Below are positions 8,525-18,055 of a stretch of 32,000 nt of DNA, in pieces. The position numbers and the translations under genes are program-made. Source of the DNA: an uncultured bacterium (lineage in GTDB: Bacteria > Patescibacteriota > Gracilibacteria > UBA1369 > PNNO01); contig OY969931.1 in NCBI GenBank assembly GCA_963704705.1, positions 120,001 through 152,000 of the forward strand, read 5' to 3'. Within the stretch, counting starts at the first letter, position 1. The number at the start of each line of letters is the position of its first letter. The notes under the pieces are model-generated. The model did no database searches. It had not been told where the DNA came from and saw only the letters and a list, made by a program, of their open reading frames with translations.

Positions 8525-9505
8525 TTACGGATGCACCCAAACAGGTGTACCAACATCAGTGAAGTCGTATGCGAATTCCGCGTCCTGAGGCAAAAGCCTG
8601 ATGCAACCGTGACTTCTTGGCTGACCAATGTGGCTTAATGCTTCACTCCAAAAATATCCGTTATCCCATGAAATACTTGGAAGTGCATGAATGCCATAGC
8701 CGCCAGCCCTGAAGTTCATCCATTTCGGCATTATGTAGTGAGGCCATGCAGCGCTTACACGAACTTCCTGTTTATAATAAATTTGAGTATTTCCATATGG
8801 CGTTGGGGTTGCCCATTTACCTGAACTAACAGGGAATTCACGTATTATAATGTCGCCTATTTTTAGGAACATTTTTTGCTCCGAAATGTCCACTTCAATT
8901 GACTTTGCTCCGTTAAAATCTTCATCGCTTACTTTTTTTGATTCATTAACATAATTCAAGAATTCTCTGTTTTCATTCATATATTCGCCAACATCAAAAT
9001 TTACAGCAAAAGGTTTTTCAATCCATTTCTGTCCTTCTACGACAATATCAAAAAATTCTCTGTAAACTCCTTTTTCATAAGGTACTTTAATATCAAATGT
9101 AAATGAACCTTTTTCTCCAGGTTTAACAACCGCCTGATCCAACTCGATTCTGCTTGGAGAGATCCAGTCAGTATAGAATACACTTTCTCTGTCTTTCCAT
9201 TTATCAGTTCCAAGTCTTGTTAAAGGCCTGAAATTACATCCGCTTTTATCCGAAAACATAGGAATTGTACCTGTGTTTTTAAAGTAAATTGTAACCTGTT
9301 CAATCGCGCCTGGGGTAAGTGTAAGCTTCTTTTTTGACCCAAGGTATTCAAAATCATAATTCAAATTAACATTTTCATCATATTGATAAGAGCAGATGTC
9401 AGGTTGCGCAGTTACATAATCCTGAGCCATAACCGTAAAATTTCCGAACACAAATATTGCAATAGCGGTTGTAAGTCCAAATCCAAATATTAAAAGTTTT
9501 TTCAT
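8525..9505 (-). CDS. L,D-transpeptidase (YkuD fold)
   Basis: TM/signal at N-terminus; IHALP...SHGCIRLLPQDAEFAYDF catalytic motif. Confidence 0.93.
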   Translation of the reverse strand: MKKLLIFGFGLTTAIAIFVFGNFTVMAQDYVTAQPDICSYQYDENVNLNYDFEYLGSKKKLTLTPGAIEQVTIYFKNTGTIPMFSDKSGCNFRPLTRLGTDKWKDRESVFYTDWISPSRIELDQAVVKPGEKGSFTFDIKVPYEKGVYREFFDIVVEGQKWIEKPFAVNFDVGEYMNENREFLNYVNESKKVSDEDFNGAKSIEVDISEQKMFLKIGDIIIREFPVSSGKWATPTPYGNTQIYYKQEVRVSAAWPHYIMPKWMNFRAGGYGIHALPSISWDNGYFWSEALSHIGQPRSHGCIRLLPQDAEFAYDFTDVGTPVWVHP

Positions 9506-9559
9506 ACATTTGTGTTTTTATTTTTATATATAATATTGTACAATAATTTTGCTTTATTG

Positions 9560-10015
9560 TCAATTATTCTGAGCTTTTAATTTTTCTAATTCTTCCTGGA
9601 AACTAGCCACATCTTTAAAACTTCTATAAACCGAAGCGAATCTTATATATGCAACTTCATCAAGTTTTTTTAATTCTTCCATTATTCCTTCGCCAATAAC
9701 ATCAGAAGGTACCTCTTTGCCGTAGTTTCTCCATCTTTCTTCAAGATTTTGGATTATCCCGTCAACCTGAGCCTGAGTAACAGGTCTTTTTTCGCATGCC
9801 CTCCAAATACCCTTGCGCACTTTTTCCTGAACATAAGGTTCACGCGAATCATTTCGCTTAATCACAATCAAATTATTGTGTTCCAGACGTTCAAAAGTAG
9901 TAAACCTTAGTTTACAATCCGGGCACTCGCGTCTTCGTCTTGTTGACTTGCCTTCTCCGGTCTCGCGCGAATCAAGAACACGAGTATTTTTAGCTTTGCA
10001 TTTGGGACATTTCAT
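9560..10015 (-). CDS. nrdR: Transcriptional repressor NrdR
   Basis: MKCPKCKAKNTRVLDSRETGEGKSTRRRRECPDCKLRFTTFER plus ATP-cone region. Confidence 0.97.
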   Translation of the reverse strand: MKCPKCKAKNTRVLDSRETGEGKSTRRRRECPDCKLRFTTFERLEHNNLIVIKRNDSREPYVQEKVRKGIWRACEKRPVTQAQVDGIIQNLEERWRNYGKEVPSDVIGEGIMEELKKLDEVAYIRFASVYRSFKDVASFQEELEKLKAQNN

Positions 10016-11159
10016 CTACTTCTTGTTGAGTAATAATATTATGCTTTAAAGCTTGATCAATGGCAAACCGATCTGTCATGCCGGCAACATAATCTCTCAC
10101 CACCAATAAGTTATTGCGTTCATTGCCTTCAATAATTCTTTCAGAATAATGCTTTTGCATTTCGTTTGGATTTTTAAGATAAAAATCAAAAAGAGGACCA
10201 ATTATATGATCAGCAATTTTAAGTAATTTAACAACGATAGAACTATTATATAAATTTTCCACTAAAAATTCCCTTGCTTCCTTAAGCTCTTCCAAAAATT
10301 CTTTACTATGAGTTATTAATTTTTCTTTTGCATTTCTTACATCTGCAACAGTTTCAATATGATTTCTTTTTAGATTAACAACACTTGCATCTTCAACTTC
10401 GTGCATTAATACATGCACTATTGAGCTTACAACTTTGGAAATATAATTAACTTCATCGGCTGGTTCAGGAGTATCTTTAAAGGCAAATTCATGTGCTCTT
10501 TGCCAAAGTTTCAATTTTTTTACTTCATCAAGTTTTAAAATTCCCGCTTTAAGGCCATCTTTAAGATCATGTGCTGTATATGCAATTTCATCAGCCAAAT
10601 CAACGACCTGAGCTTCCAAAAGCGGCTTAGGCCCATCTTTTTCATATCTGTTTGTAATCGGATCATGCGGGCTTTCATGCTTTAAATAACCCTCAAGAGA
10701 TTCTTCGCTTAACCCCAGATTTTTGCAAATTCGCCAGCTTTGTTTATTGTGATCAAACCCTTCTGCAATGCCTTTTTCTTTAAGCTTTTTATCAAGAATT
10801 TTCTCACCTTTATGCCCGAAAGGAGTGTGCCCCAAATCATGCCCCATGGCTATTGCTTCAGCCAAATCATGATTCAACCTTAAAAGTTTGCAGAGGCCTT
10901 TGGCAATTGATCTAACTTGATCTGTATGTGTGCTTCTTGTTCTGAAATGGTCATGATAATAAGAAGGAAAAACCTGCGATTTACCCTGCATTCTGTCATG
11001 TGCCTCGCTATAAAGAATTACATCCTGGTCATGATGAAAAACAGTCCTTTCATCTTTGGGTTTTGTTTTAGAATCCTTACTTTTAAATGCATATCCTGCA
11101 AGGATTTGCATTTCATGTGCTTCTAATTCTTGTCGCGTACATGTAGCAGTGAATTCCAT
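9990..11159 (-). CDS. dgt: dGTP triphosphohydrolase-like HD-domain protein
   Basis: FRTRSTHTDQVRSIAKG, GHDLGHTPFGHKGE, DEIAYTAHDLKDG. Confidence 0.9.
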   Translation of the reverse strand: MEFTATCTRQELEAHEMQILAGYAFKSKDSKTKPKDERTVFHHDQDVILYSEAHDRMQGKSQVFPSYYHDHFRTRSTHTDQVRSIAKGLCKLLRLNHDLAEAIAMGHDLGHTPFGHKGEKILDKKLKEKGIAEGFDHNKQSWRICKNLGLSEESLEGYLKHESPHDPITNRYEKDGPKPLLEAQVVDLADEIAYTAHDLKDGLKAGILKLDEVKKLKLWQRAHEFAFKDTPEPADEVNYISKVVSSIVHVLMHEVEDASVVNLKRNHIETVADVRNAKEKLITHSKEFLEELKEAREFLVENLYNSSIVVKLLKIADHIIGPLFDFYLKNPNEMQKHYSERIIEGNERNNLLVVRDYVAGMTDRFAIDQALKHNIITQQEVDEMSQMQS

Positions 11160-11224
11160 TTTATTACATTAAAAGTGTTATTGGTGTTGAATTATTGCAT
11201 AATAATCGTATGTTTTCAAGAAAG

Positions 11225-12190
11225 TTATGCAACCAGACTTTTACCGCCAATACCGCCCATTTCACCACTGCCTGTAGTGCGCATATAAATTTTCGCAGCA
11301 GGGGAGTCCTCAGGATAAAGAGTTGCAGGATCCTGCATTACATCAACAACATAATATTTACCATCTTCCATCATCACAATGTTCCATGCGTGCCCGAAAC
11401 CTTTTTTATAAAAATGACCTCTAATCAAACGCGATCTTATGCCATTTACATCAGCAAGCAGCTTATATAAAATCGCTCTGTGTCGGCAAACCCCAAAAGA
11501 CAAATCACCTAATTTAACTTTTTGAGTATTTCGTTTTTTCATTATTTTTTCAATTTCATCCTCGGTATCTTCTTCGATTTTTGGGTTTCTTGAGCCTCCA
11601 AAATGATTAGACACAAACATAGCAAGAGCAGAGATTTTTTGTTTTTGTGTAGAGAAATTGCTTAACCATTTTTTTGATTCTTCGATGATTATATTTAATT
11701 TATGATCATTTTCAACATCAACAACGATCACTTCTCTGTTTGGAGATATTGGCTCATATTTCCCTTTTTTATTTCTTTCATATTTCATTTTTCTGCCACC
11801 ATCAACAAACCCATTTGGAATTCTGTCTGCAAAATCCAAAAACCCTTTTTTTAAATAATCCAGACTCACTTTTCTATCTTTAACTTCACTGTCATAACCT
11901 ATAACTTTATATAAAGATCTTTGTGTTAAAAATGTAATTTCACCGCTTTTAGGATCAACACTAATCTGGCGGATAGGACTTAGTTGGTCGCCCTCTTTAA
12001 ATGTCATAACTTCACCTACTCTAACTGTACTTAAAACCTTCCCTCTAATAAAATCGCCGATAGATGTAATGGTGTGCTTTTCGTTATCCAATTGCAGTTT
12101 TCGAACTGTTATTTCAGCTCCTTTGGGAATAAGAATCTGGGTGTAATCAGAATCGCTATGCGCAGGATCTAATAATATTTTTTCATGCAT
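11225..12190 (-). CDS. Transglutaminase-like/EDR1-like cysteine protein
   Basis: LSFGVCRHRAILYKLLADVNGIRSRLIRGHFYKKGFGHAWNIVMMEDGKYYVVDVMQDP: C, H and D of the transglutaminase triad in correct order. Confidence 0.7.
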   Translation of the reverse strand: MHEKILLDPAHSDSDYTQILIPKGAEITVRKLQLDNEKHTITSIGDFIRGKVLSTVRVGEVMTFKEGDQLSPIRQISVDPKSGEITFLTQRSLYKVIGYDSEVKDRKVSLDYLKKGFLDFADRIPNGFVDGGRKMKYERNKKGKYEPISPNREVIVVDVENDHKLNIIIEESKKWLSNFSTQKQKISALAMFVSNHFGGSRNPKIEEDTEDEIEKIMKKRNTQKVKLGDLSFGVCRHRAILYKLLADVNGIRSRLIRGHFYKKGFGHAWNIVMMEDGKYYVVDVMQDPATLYPEDSPAAKIYMRTTGSGEMGGIGGKSLVA

Positions 12191-12336
12191 TTTTGTTTGT
12201 TTTTGTTGATTAAATTATACCATAAAATAAGTTTTTCGCCAATAGCGGTGCATTTCCCTCTCAACCCAGTCGTCCTGGTCGACCCATCCGAGCGAGAAAT
12301 ATTGTGCAAAATTCGCACACGCGCTAAAATACGGAT

Positions 12337-13251
12337 ATGGACAAACTTTCGCAACACATTCGCAAATTTCTTGAGCATGTTGAGGTTGGCAAAAACCAAT
12401 CCCAAAAAACCATCGAAAACTACAACCACTACCTCACGCGATTTCTTGAGTGGTATGGAGACAAACAACCACACCAAATAAAACTCGACGACATACACAA
12501 ATATCGGCTTTATCTAAACCGATATGCTGATGATCGCGGAAGAACTCTTGGCGTAAAAACGCAAAATTATCATATAATTGCACTTCGGGCTTTTCTCAAA
12601 TATCTCACAAAAAACGATATTGCCACGCTTCCGCCTGAAAAAATCGACCTTCAAAAAATTCCGGAAAGAACAGTAGAGTACCTGACCCGTGAAGAGCTCG
12701 AGCGGCTTTTTAAAGCAATTAATGCAAACACTATTAAGGGCAGGCGCGACCGCGCAATTGTTGAAACTCTCTATTCAACCGGGCTTCGTGTTAGCGAGTT
12801 GGTGAGCCTGAATCGTCAGCAGGTTGATCTTAAACGAAAAGAATTTATGGTCAGAGGAAAGGGCAGAAAGCCACGCATTGTTTTTCTGTCAGAACGTGCC
12901 GCAAAATTTATTAAGGATTATTTGGATGAACGCCGTGATAATTTTGATCCGCTTTTTATTAATCATGGCAGAAGCAGAAAAGGCGATGATATAACTTTGG
13001 GAGAGAAAAAGCGATTAACCACTGTTTCAGTGCAGAATGTAGTTAGAAATACAGCTTTAAAAGCAGGTATAATTAAAAAAGTTACACCGCATGTTCTCAG
13101 GCATTCATTTGCAACCGAGCTGCTTCTTAACGGCGCAGATATCCGTTCGGTTCAGGAAATGCTTGGTCATGCTTCAATCACGACTACGCAAATTTATACG
13201 CATGTAACTAACAAGCGTCTAAGAGAAATCCACGAGAAGTTTCATAGATAA
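12337..13251 (+). CDS. Tyrosine recombinase, XerC/XerD type
   Basis: N-terminal SAM-like core-binding domain; TGLRVSEL, HVLRHSFATELLLNGADIRSVQEMLGHASITTTQIYTHV (R...HxxR...H...Y). Confidence 0.95.
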   Translation: MDKLSQHIRKFLEHVEVGKNQSQKTIENYNHYLTRFLEWYGDKQPHQIKLDDIHKYRLYLNRYADDRGRTLGVKTQNYHIIALRAFLKYLTKNDIATLPPEKIDLQKIPERTVEYLTREELERLFKAINANTIKGRRDRAIVETLYSTGLRVSELVSLNRQQVDLKRKEFMVRGKGRKPRIVFLSERAAKFIKDYLDERRDNFDPLFINHGRSRKGDDITLGEKKRLTTVSVQNVVRNTALKAGIIKKVTPHVLRHSFATELLLNGADIRSVQEMLGHASITTTQIYTHVTNKRLREIHEKFHR

Positions 13252-13253
13252 AT

Positions 13254-13544
13254 TTACCCTTTAAGTGCTCTTGAAGTTCCGAATTGAGCGCTTCTTTGTA
13301 TAGCCATTCTTTCAAAACTTTGGCTTTTTCTTTTTAAAACTAATTCAGTCACTTTAGATGCTATTTCCATTCCAAGTTTATTAATCAGCGATATCAATAT
13401 AGGTTTTGCCAGTTGATAATCGCCTTTAGCTTCAGCAAAAATTACATTTGCAAGGCATTCTAAATCCGATTCCGGATTTTCAATAAATTTTTTTATTTCA
13501 CCCTCCACTTTATCGAGCGGAGTAGGTTGAGTAGAAGTTTCCAT
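13254..13544 (-). CDS. Hypothetical protein
   Basis: 96-aa ORF tightly packed between the recombinase and the flippase gene. Confidence 0.5.
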   Translation of the reverse strand: METSTQPTPLDKVEGEIKKFIENPESDLECLANVIFAEAKGDYQLAKPILISLINKLGMEIASKVTELVLKRKSQSFERMAIQRSAQFGTSRALKG

Positions 13545-13547
13545 GTA

Positions 13548-15029
13548 CTATTTTTTTAACATTGATAAGTGTTCTTTGGTTACAGCCTTGGTTGCAAACA
13601 GCGCGACTACATATACCAGGGCACCCAAAGGTACCAATACTAGCACATTCCAGTTTTGAATCAAGCCAAAAGTTGGCTCTTTAAGTAGATAAACAAAAGC
13701 CCCCATTATCAAAGCAGAAAAGCCTATGCGTAATGCTCTCCAAATTTTTATTTTAAAAGGCAGAAAGCGCTTTACTGTTGTGAATACCAATATGAAAACC
13801 AATACCTCGCTCGCTACTGTTGCCAATGCAGCACCTCTGAATCCTATCCACGGTATAACTATTAAATTCGCAATAATATTAAAAGTCGCGCATATCCCGT
13901 TAATCCATACCAAATGTGCTTGTTTGCCGATCGCAATTAAAGTGAAATTGAAAATCACATTTAATGCTATCATCACAAAGCTAAATAACACTATTTGTAA
14001 GGCAATATCCGAACCATAAAATCCTACATCCAAATTGCTCACAAACTCTGGTTTCGCAATCAAATAAATCAATGGAACAGCAAGAATATATCCTCCAACC
14101 AGAAACGGCAGAGATAAAATCAGCTGAAAATCAAAAGTGTATTGAAGAATTCGCTTATAAGATTCCAGGCCTTGTTTTATGTGTTTTGTTAAAGTCGGCA
14201 AAACCGCATTCATAAAGAAAATCGGAAGAATCGCCAATGCCTCCAATAAACGCGCGGCAACACCGTATAGGCCCGCTTCTTCACGACCCCGAATATTGAA
14301 AACCAAAATCGCGTCAGCTCTAAAGTAAATATTGCTAAAGAATAATGCCAGGCCATATGGCGCAGCTTGTTTTAAAATATATTTTATCCTGTCTCCGTCC
14401 CATCTGAACCTTACAGGGGTATAACGCTTTATTACCGCGATGGTGAATAGAAGCATTGCAAAATTTCCAACTACTCCGGCCCAGAATAAATGATAAAAAC
14501 CAGTGTAAGTATCAGCGGCGAATAAAACAAACGCCACTAAAACCATATATCCAACCTGAATAATTTTACCAAAAATTTGCGCGCTCGCAGCATATTGCAT
14601 TTTATATTTTTCCTGCAAAACGCTCGTTAAAGTTCCGTTTATTAAAGCAATAAACGAGGCAGTTGTTGCAATCATAATCGCAAAAGGTATTTGTGTTCCC
14701 TGATGTGAAGGAACAAAAAATCCTCCTGTAATAACTCCGATAAGAACTATTATCCCGACCAAAACACGAATCGATAATATGTTACCGAGAATTTTTGGAA
14801 TGTCATCTTCATTTTTGGACATTTCCCTAACAGCAATTGTGTAGAGTCCAAAGTCAGCGATGATTGCAAAAAGCGCAAGGAACTCATAAACATTAGTATA
14901 TTCACCATATTTTCCAACGCTTAAGTAAGAAGTGATAATTTTGATAACCGCCAGGCTTAACAGTCCAACTCCGGCCCGTCCAATTATCTGAAAAATCGTA
15001 TTTGATAATATTTTTCTTGCAATCGTCAT
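13548..15029 (-). CDS. Wzx/RfbX-type polysaccharide flippase (MOP superfamily)
   Basis: About 12 hydrophobic segments; GRAGVGLLSLAVIKIITSYLSVGKYGEYTNVYEFLALFAIIADFGLYTIAVREMS. Confidence 0.88.
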   Translation of the reverse strand: MTIARKILSNTIFQIIGRAGVGLLSLAVIKIITSYLSVGKYGEYTNVYEFLALFAIIADFGLYTIAVREMSKNEDDIPKILGNILSIRVLVGIIVLIGVITGGFFVPSHQGTQIPFAIMIATTASFIALINGTLTSVLQEKYKMQYAASAQIFGKIIQVGYMVLVAFVLFAADTYTGFYHLFWAGVVGNFAMLLFTIAVIKRYTPVRFRWDGDRIKYILKQAAPYGLALFFSNIYFRADAILVFNIRGREEAGLYGVAARLLEALAILPIFFMNAVLPTLTKHIKQGLESYKRILQYTFDFQLILSLPFLVGGYILAVPLIYLIAKPEFVSNLDVGFYGSDIALQIVLFSFVMIALNVIFNFTLIAIGKQAHLVWINGICATFNIIANLIVIPWIGFRGAALATVASEVLVFILVFTTVKRFLPFKIKIWRALRIGFSALIMGAFVYLLKEPTFGLIQNWNVLVLVPLGALVYVVALFATKAVTKEHLSMLKK

Positions 15030-15154
15030 AGCCAGTTTAAGATATCAGAAATGGGACTTCATTTCCAGCGGTTAAAAAGTGCGCTATGCAAATTGCTATT
15101 GATCTCTCCTGCACTATTTGTTTAAATTAATCCTCGATTTAATAACCTAATTTC

Positions 15155-15457
15155 ATGAATCCGACTGAAAATTTAACAAGACAACTTGAAAGTATTATTA
15201 CAACTCCAGATGTATTTGAAAAAACACTTTTAAAAAATCCAAAATTAATTGCAATAGTTGAAGACACGCTTGCCAAAGTTAAAAAAATTATGGCTGAAAG
15301 CGTTACAGTAACAGAAGATGGCCGCACAATGGAGCCGGTTGATTCTAACCAAAGCCCAATTCGATTTTTAGCAAAAAAAATCGAGGATGATCGCAGAAGA
15401 AGAGAGCACCATGCAGCCCAGGCCGGCCAGGTATTTGAAGGAGATGAAGATGCATAG
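15155..15457 (+). CDS. Hypothetical protein
   Basis: 100-aa ORF directly upstream of the prfB leader. Confidence 0.55.
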   Translation: MNPTENLTRQLESIITTPDVFEKTLLKNPKLIAIVEDTLAKVKKIMAESVTVTEDGRTMEPVDSNQSPIRFLAKKIEDDRRRREHHAAQAGQVFEGDEDA

Positions 15458-15459
15458 TA

Positions 15460-15506
15460 TACTAAGTATACCCTGGGTTACTTAGTAACCCCTACCTTAC
15501 TTAGTA
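15460..15506 (+). promoter_or_regulatory. Three 9-bp TACTWAGTA motifs at 19-bp spacing within a structured leader upstream of prfB
   Basis: TACTAAGTA 15460-15468; TACTTAGTA 15479-15487; TACTTAGTA 15498-15506. Inner hairpin GGGTTAC-TTA-GTAACCC 15475-15491. Confidence 0.55.
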
Positions 15507-15513
15507 TATACTC

Positions 15514-16629
15514 ATGCACGAACTTAAAGAAAAACTTGAACTCGCAAAAACCGAGATTGCGAAAGCTTTAAAAACAGTTAACCCGCAGGAGCTTAAAAAT
15601 CGTGTGACTCAGCTTGAAAGTGTAATGTCTGAGCCTCGGTTTTGGGATGATAACGAGAAAGCGCAAAAAATAAGTCAGGAAGCATCCGAACTTCAAAAAA
15701 TCATTGAAGCCTGGCAGACAATTGAGCGTGATTGCGATGAGCTTTTGGGCCTTGTTGAGACTATTTCTCCTGAAGAAAATCCAAAAGAAGCAGAAGAATT
15801 GCATCAAATGGTGGATAAATTTGACGCCAAGTGGAAGGATTTGAGTATTAAATCTTTTTTGGGAGGTGAGTATGATAAAAATAATGCGATCCTTTCAATT
15901 CATTCCGGTACAGGTGGCAAAGATGCTATGGATTTTGCGGATATGCTAATGAGAATGTATTTACGATACGCTGAGAAACATGGGTTTGCAGTTGAGATTT
16001 TAGAAAAATCCGAAGGTGAAGAAGTTGGACTTAAATCCGCAACATTAATAATTAAAGGCTATCTGGCTTATGGATATCTGAAGTCGGAAAATGGGGTGCA
16101 TCGACTTGTGCGACTGTCGCCATTTAACACAAAACACACACGCGAAACATCTTTTGCACTTGTTGAAGTTTTGCCTGATCTTGACCTCGAAAAACCGCTT
16201 GAAATAAACGAAGATGACCTTCGCATAGACACATATAGAGCCAGTGGACACGGTGGACAATCCGTAAATACAACTGATTCAGCGGTGCGTATCACTCATA
16301 TTCCAACCGGACTTACCGGTCAGTGCCAAAATGAGCGAAGTCAGCTGCAAAATAAAGAGCAGGCAATGAAAATTCTTTCTGCGAAATTAACAAAATTAAT
16401 GCAGGAAGAAGCAGCCGAAACCCTTGATGATCTTAGGGGCGGCCGCAAAGAAATCAAGTGGGGAAGCCAAATTCGCAGCTACGTGCTTCATCCGTACACC
16501 ATGGTTAAAGACCACAGAACAAATTATGAAACCAGCAAAGTCGCAGAAGTACTTGACGGCGACATAGAAGGTTGTATAAGATCATATCTTGAAATGAATT
16601 TCGAATCACCTAAAGCAAACTTATCGTGA
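15514..16629 (+). CDS. prfB: Peptide chain release factor 2
   Basis: GVHRLVRLSPFNTK (SPF tripeptide), YRASGHGGQSVNTTDSAVRITH (GGQ). Confidence 0.95.
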   Translation: MHELKEKLELAKTEIAKALKTVNPQELKNRVTQLESVMSEPRFWDDNEKAQKISQEASELQKIIEAWQTIERDCDELLGLVETISPEENPKEAEELHQMVDKFDAKWKDLSIKSFLGGEYDKNNAILSIHSGTGGKDAMDFADMLMRMYLRYAEKHGFAVEILEKSEGEEVGLKSATLIIKGYLAYGYLKSENGVHRLVRLSPFNTKHTRETSFALVEVLPDLDLEKPLEINEDDLRIDTYRASGHGGQSVNTTDSAVRITHIPTGLTGQCQNERSQLQNKEQAMKILSAKLTKLMQEEAAETLDDLRGGRKEIKWGSQIRSYVLHPYTMVKDHRTNYETSKVAEVLDGDIEGCIRSYLEMNFESPKANLS

Positions 16630-17126
16630 GTATTCTCGAAATACAAACAGGCGCAGATAATCCGATTTTAAGGCAAAAGTCGACAAAGGTTGATAAAATC
16701 GACAAATCCGTAAAAAAACTTGCAAAAAATTTGCTTAAAACAATGGTAAAAGCCAATGGTCTTGGCATTGCCGCGCCCCAGGTTGGAGTAAACAAGCGCC
16801 TATTTATTACAACTTTTGATGAAGGCAGCGAACATGCCATGCATGTTTTAATGATAAATCCCGATATTTTGTGGAAAAGCCCTGAAACCGATATTGCAGA
16901 AGAAGGTTGTTTAAGTCTGCCTAAATTATATATGCCTGTGCCTCGCAGCACTGCGATTAGAGTAAAGTTTTTGGACCTTAAAGGCACTGAGCATGTTCTT
17001 GAACTTAAGGGCCTTAATGCGCGTGTTGTGCAGCACGAAAATGATCACCTTGACGGTATTTTGTTTATTGATAAAGCTGTTGAAAGTAAGTTACCTGACG
17101 ACGATTCTAGCCACGTAGCTTTTTAA
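16626..17126 (+). CDS. def: Peptide deformylase
   Basis: GLGIAAPQVG, EEGCLSLP, QHENDHLDG; GTG start overlaps the prfB TGA stop. Confidence 0.97.
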   Translation: MSILEIQTGADNPILRQKSTKVDKIDKSVKKLAKNLLKTMVKANGLGIAAPQVGVNKRLFITTFDEGSEHAMHVLMINPDILWKSPETDIAEEGCLSLPKLYMPVPRSTAIRVKFLDLKGTEHVLELKGLNARVVQHENDHLDGILFIDKAVESKLPDDDSSHVAF

Positions 17127-17961
17127 TTATTCGCATCACCCAGTACCAAAAGGGCTTGTAAATGCGTTCTTTGGCATGTTCATATTCTACAATTTCACCT
17201 CCGAATTTTAGTTTGAATTCTGTTACACCCTGCCAGGGATGATTTTTTGCGCCTTCAGGTGCTATCCCCAAAAAGTCATAAAATTTGCAGCCTTTTGCCT
17301 TTGCTTCCTGGATGGCATGCCACTGCAAGAGGTATGGTGCCATTACATTTCGATGTTTGTTTGATGAAGCTCCGTAATAATATGTGGCAGTGTCTTTATA
17401 GAAAGTTGCAATTATACCAGCGATTATTTCGCCTTCATATTGAGCATAATATAGTTTGGCACCATCAACCATATCAATCATTTTTTGATAAAAATCCGGC
17501 CCATGGCCCTTAAATTTATCGCGCTCCCAGGTTTGCTTTAGGATATTATAAAATTCTTTCGCGTCTTTGGATTCAATAATTTTCACATTATTCTTTTTTG
17601 CTATTTTTATATTGTATCTGCCTTTTTGTTTCATTTGAGCCAATATTTCCTGTTCGGATTTTGTGAGATCAATAACCAATGTTACTTCTGGCTGATAATG
17701 CGCATGCGCATCTTTGAGATTTTTATGGAATTTGTGATTATCTGATTTTAAATACGGATGCTCGAAACGAACATAAACAGCATTTTGCTGAATAGCTAAT
17801 TTATCCAAATCAACAATTGGTCCGCGATTAACATAAAGCCAGCATTTGCCTAAAGGAAGCGGCATTTTTTGAATAAATGTGCCTTCAATTTCAAAAAAAT
17901 CTTCGTTTTTTGCGCTTTTACGGAATGCCGCCCAGTTTTTAGTTTGTTCAATGTAATGCAT
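17107..17961 (-). CDS. FemAB/FmhB-like peptidoglycan bridge-forming aminoacyltransferase (GNAT fold)
   Basis: From MHYIEQTKNWAAFRKS at 17961; WLYVNRGP, KGRYNIKIAKKNNV, YYYGASSNKHRNVMAPYLLQWHAIQEAKAKGCKFYDFLGI. ORF-track start at 18549 is artefactual. Confidence 0.87.
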   Translation of the reverse strand: MHYIEQTKNWAAFRKSAKNEDFFEIEGTFIQKMPLPLGKCWLYVNRGPIVDLDKLAIQQNAVYVRFEHPYLKSDNHKFHKNLKDAHAHYQPEVTLVIDLTKSEQEILAQMKQKGRYNIKIAKKNNVKIIESKDAKEFYNILKQTWERDKFKGHGPDFYQKMIDMVDGAKLYYAQYEGEIIAGIIATFYKDTATYYYGASSNKHRNVMAPYLLQWHAIQEAKAKGCKFYDFLGIAPEGAKNHPWQGVTEFKLKFGGEIVEYEHAKERIYKPFWYWVMRIIKKLRG

Positions 17962-18055
17962 AGCGCGCGTATTATAGCATAAATTTAAATCTAAAAGTTT
18001 GAAAAAAAGCTTAAAATGTAGTATAATAACTAATGAAAAATAAACATAAATAAAA

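Noticed and set aside
12169-12498. Overlapping 98-aa (+) and 109-aa (-) ORFs upstream of the recombinase
   Set aside because: They overlap each other and the conserved N-terminus of the Xer protein; biased VVVV/TTTTT stretches and no known motifs.
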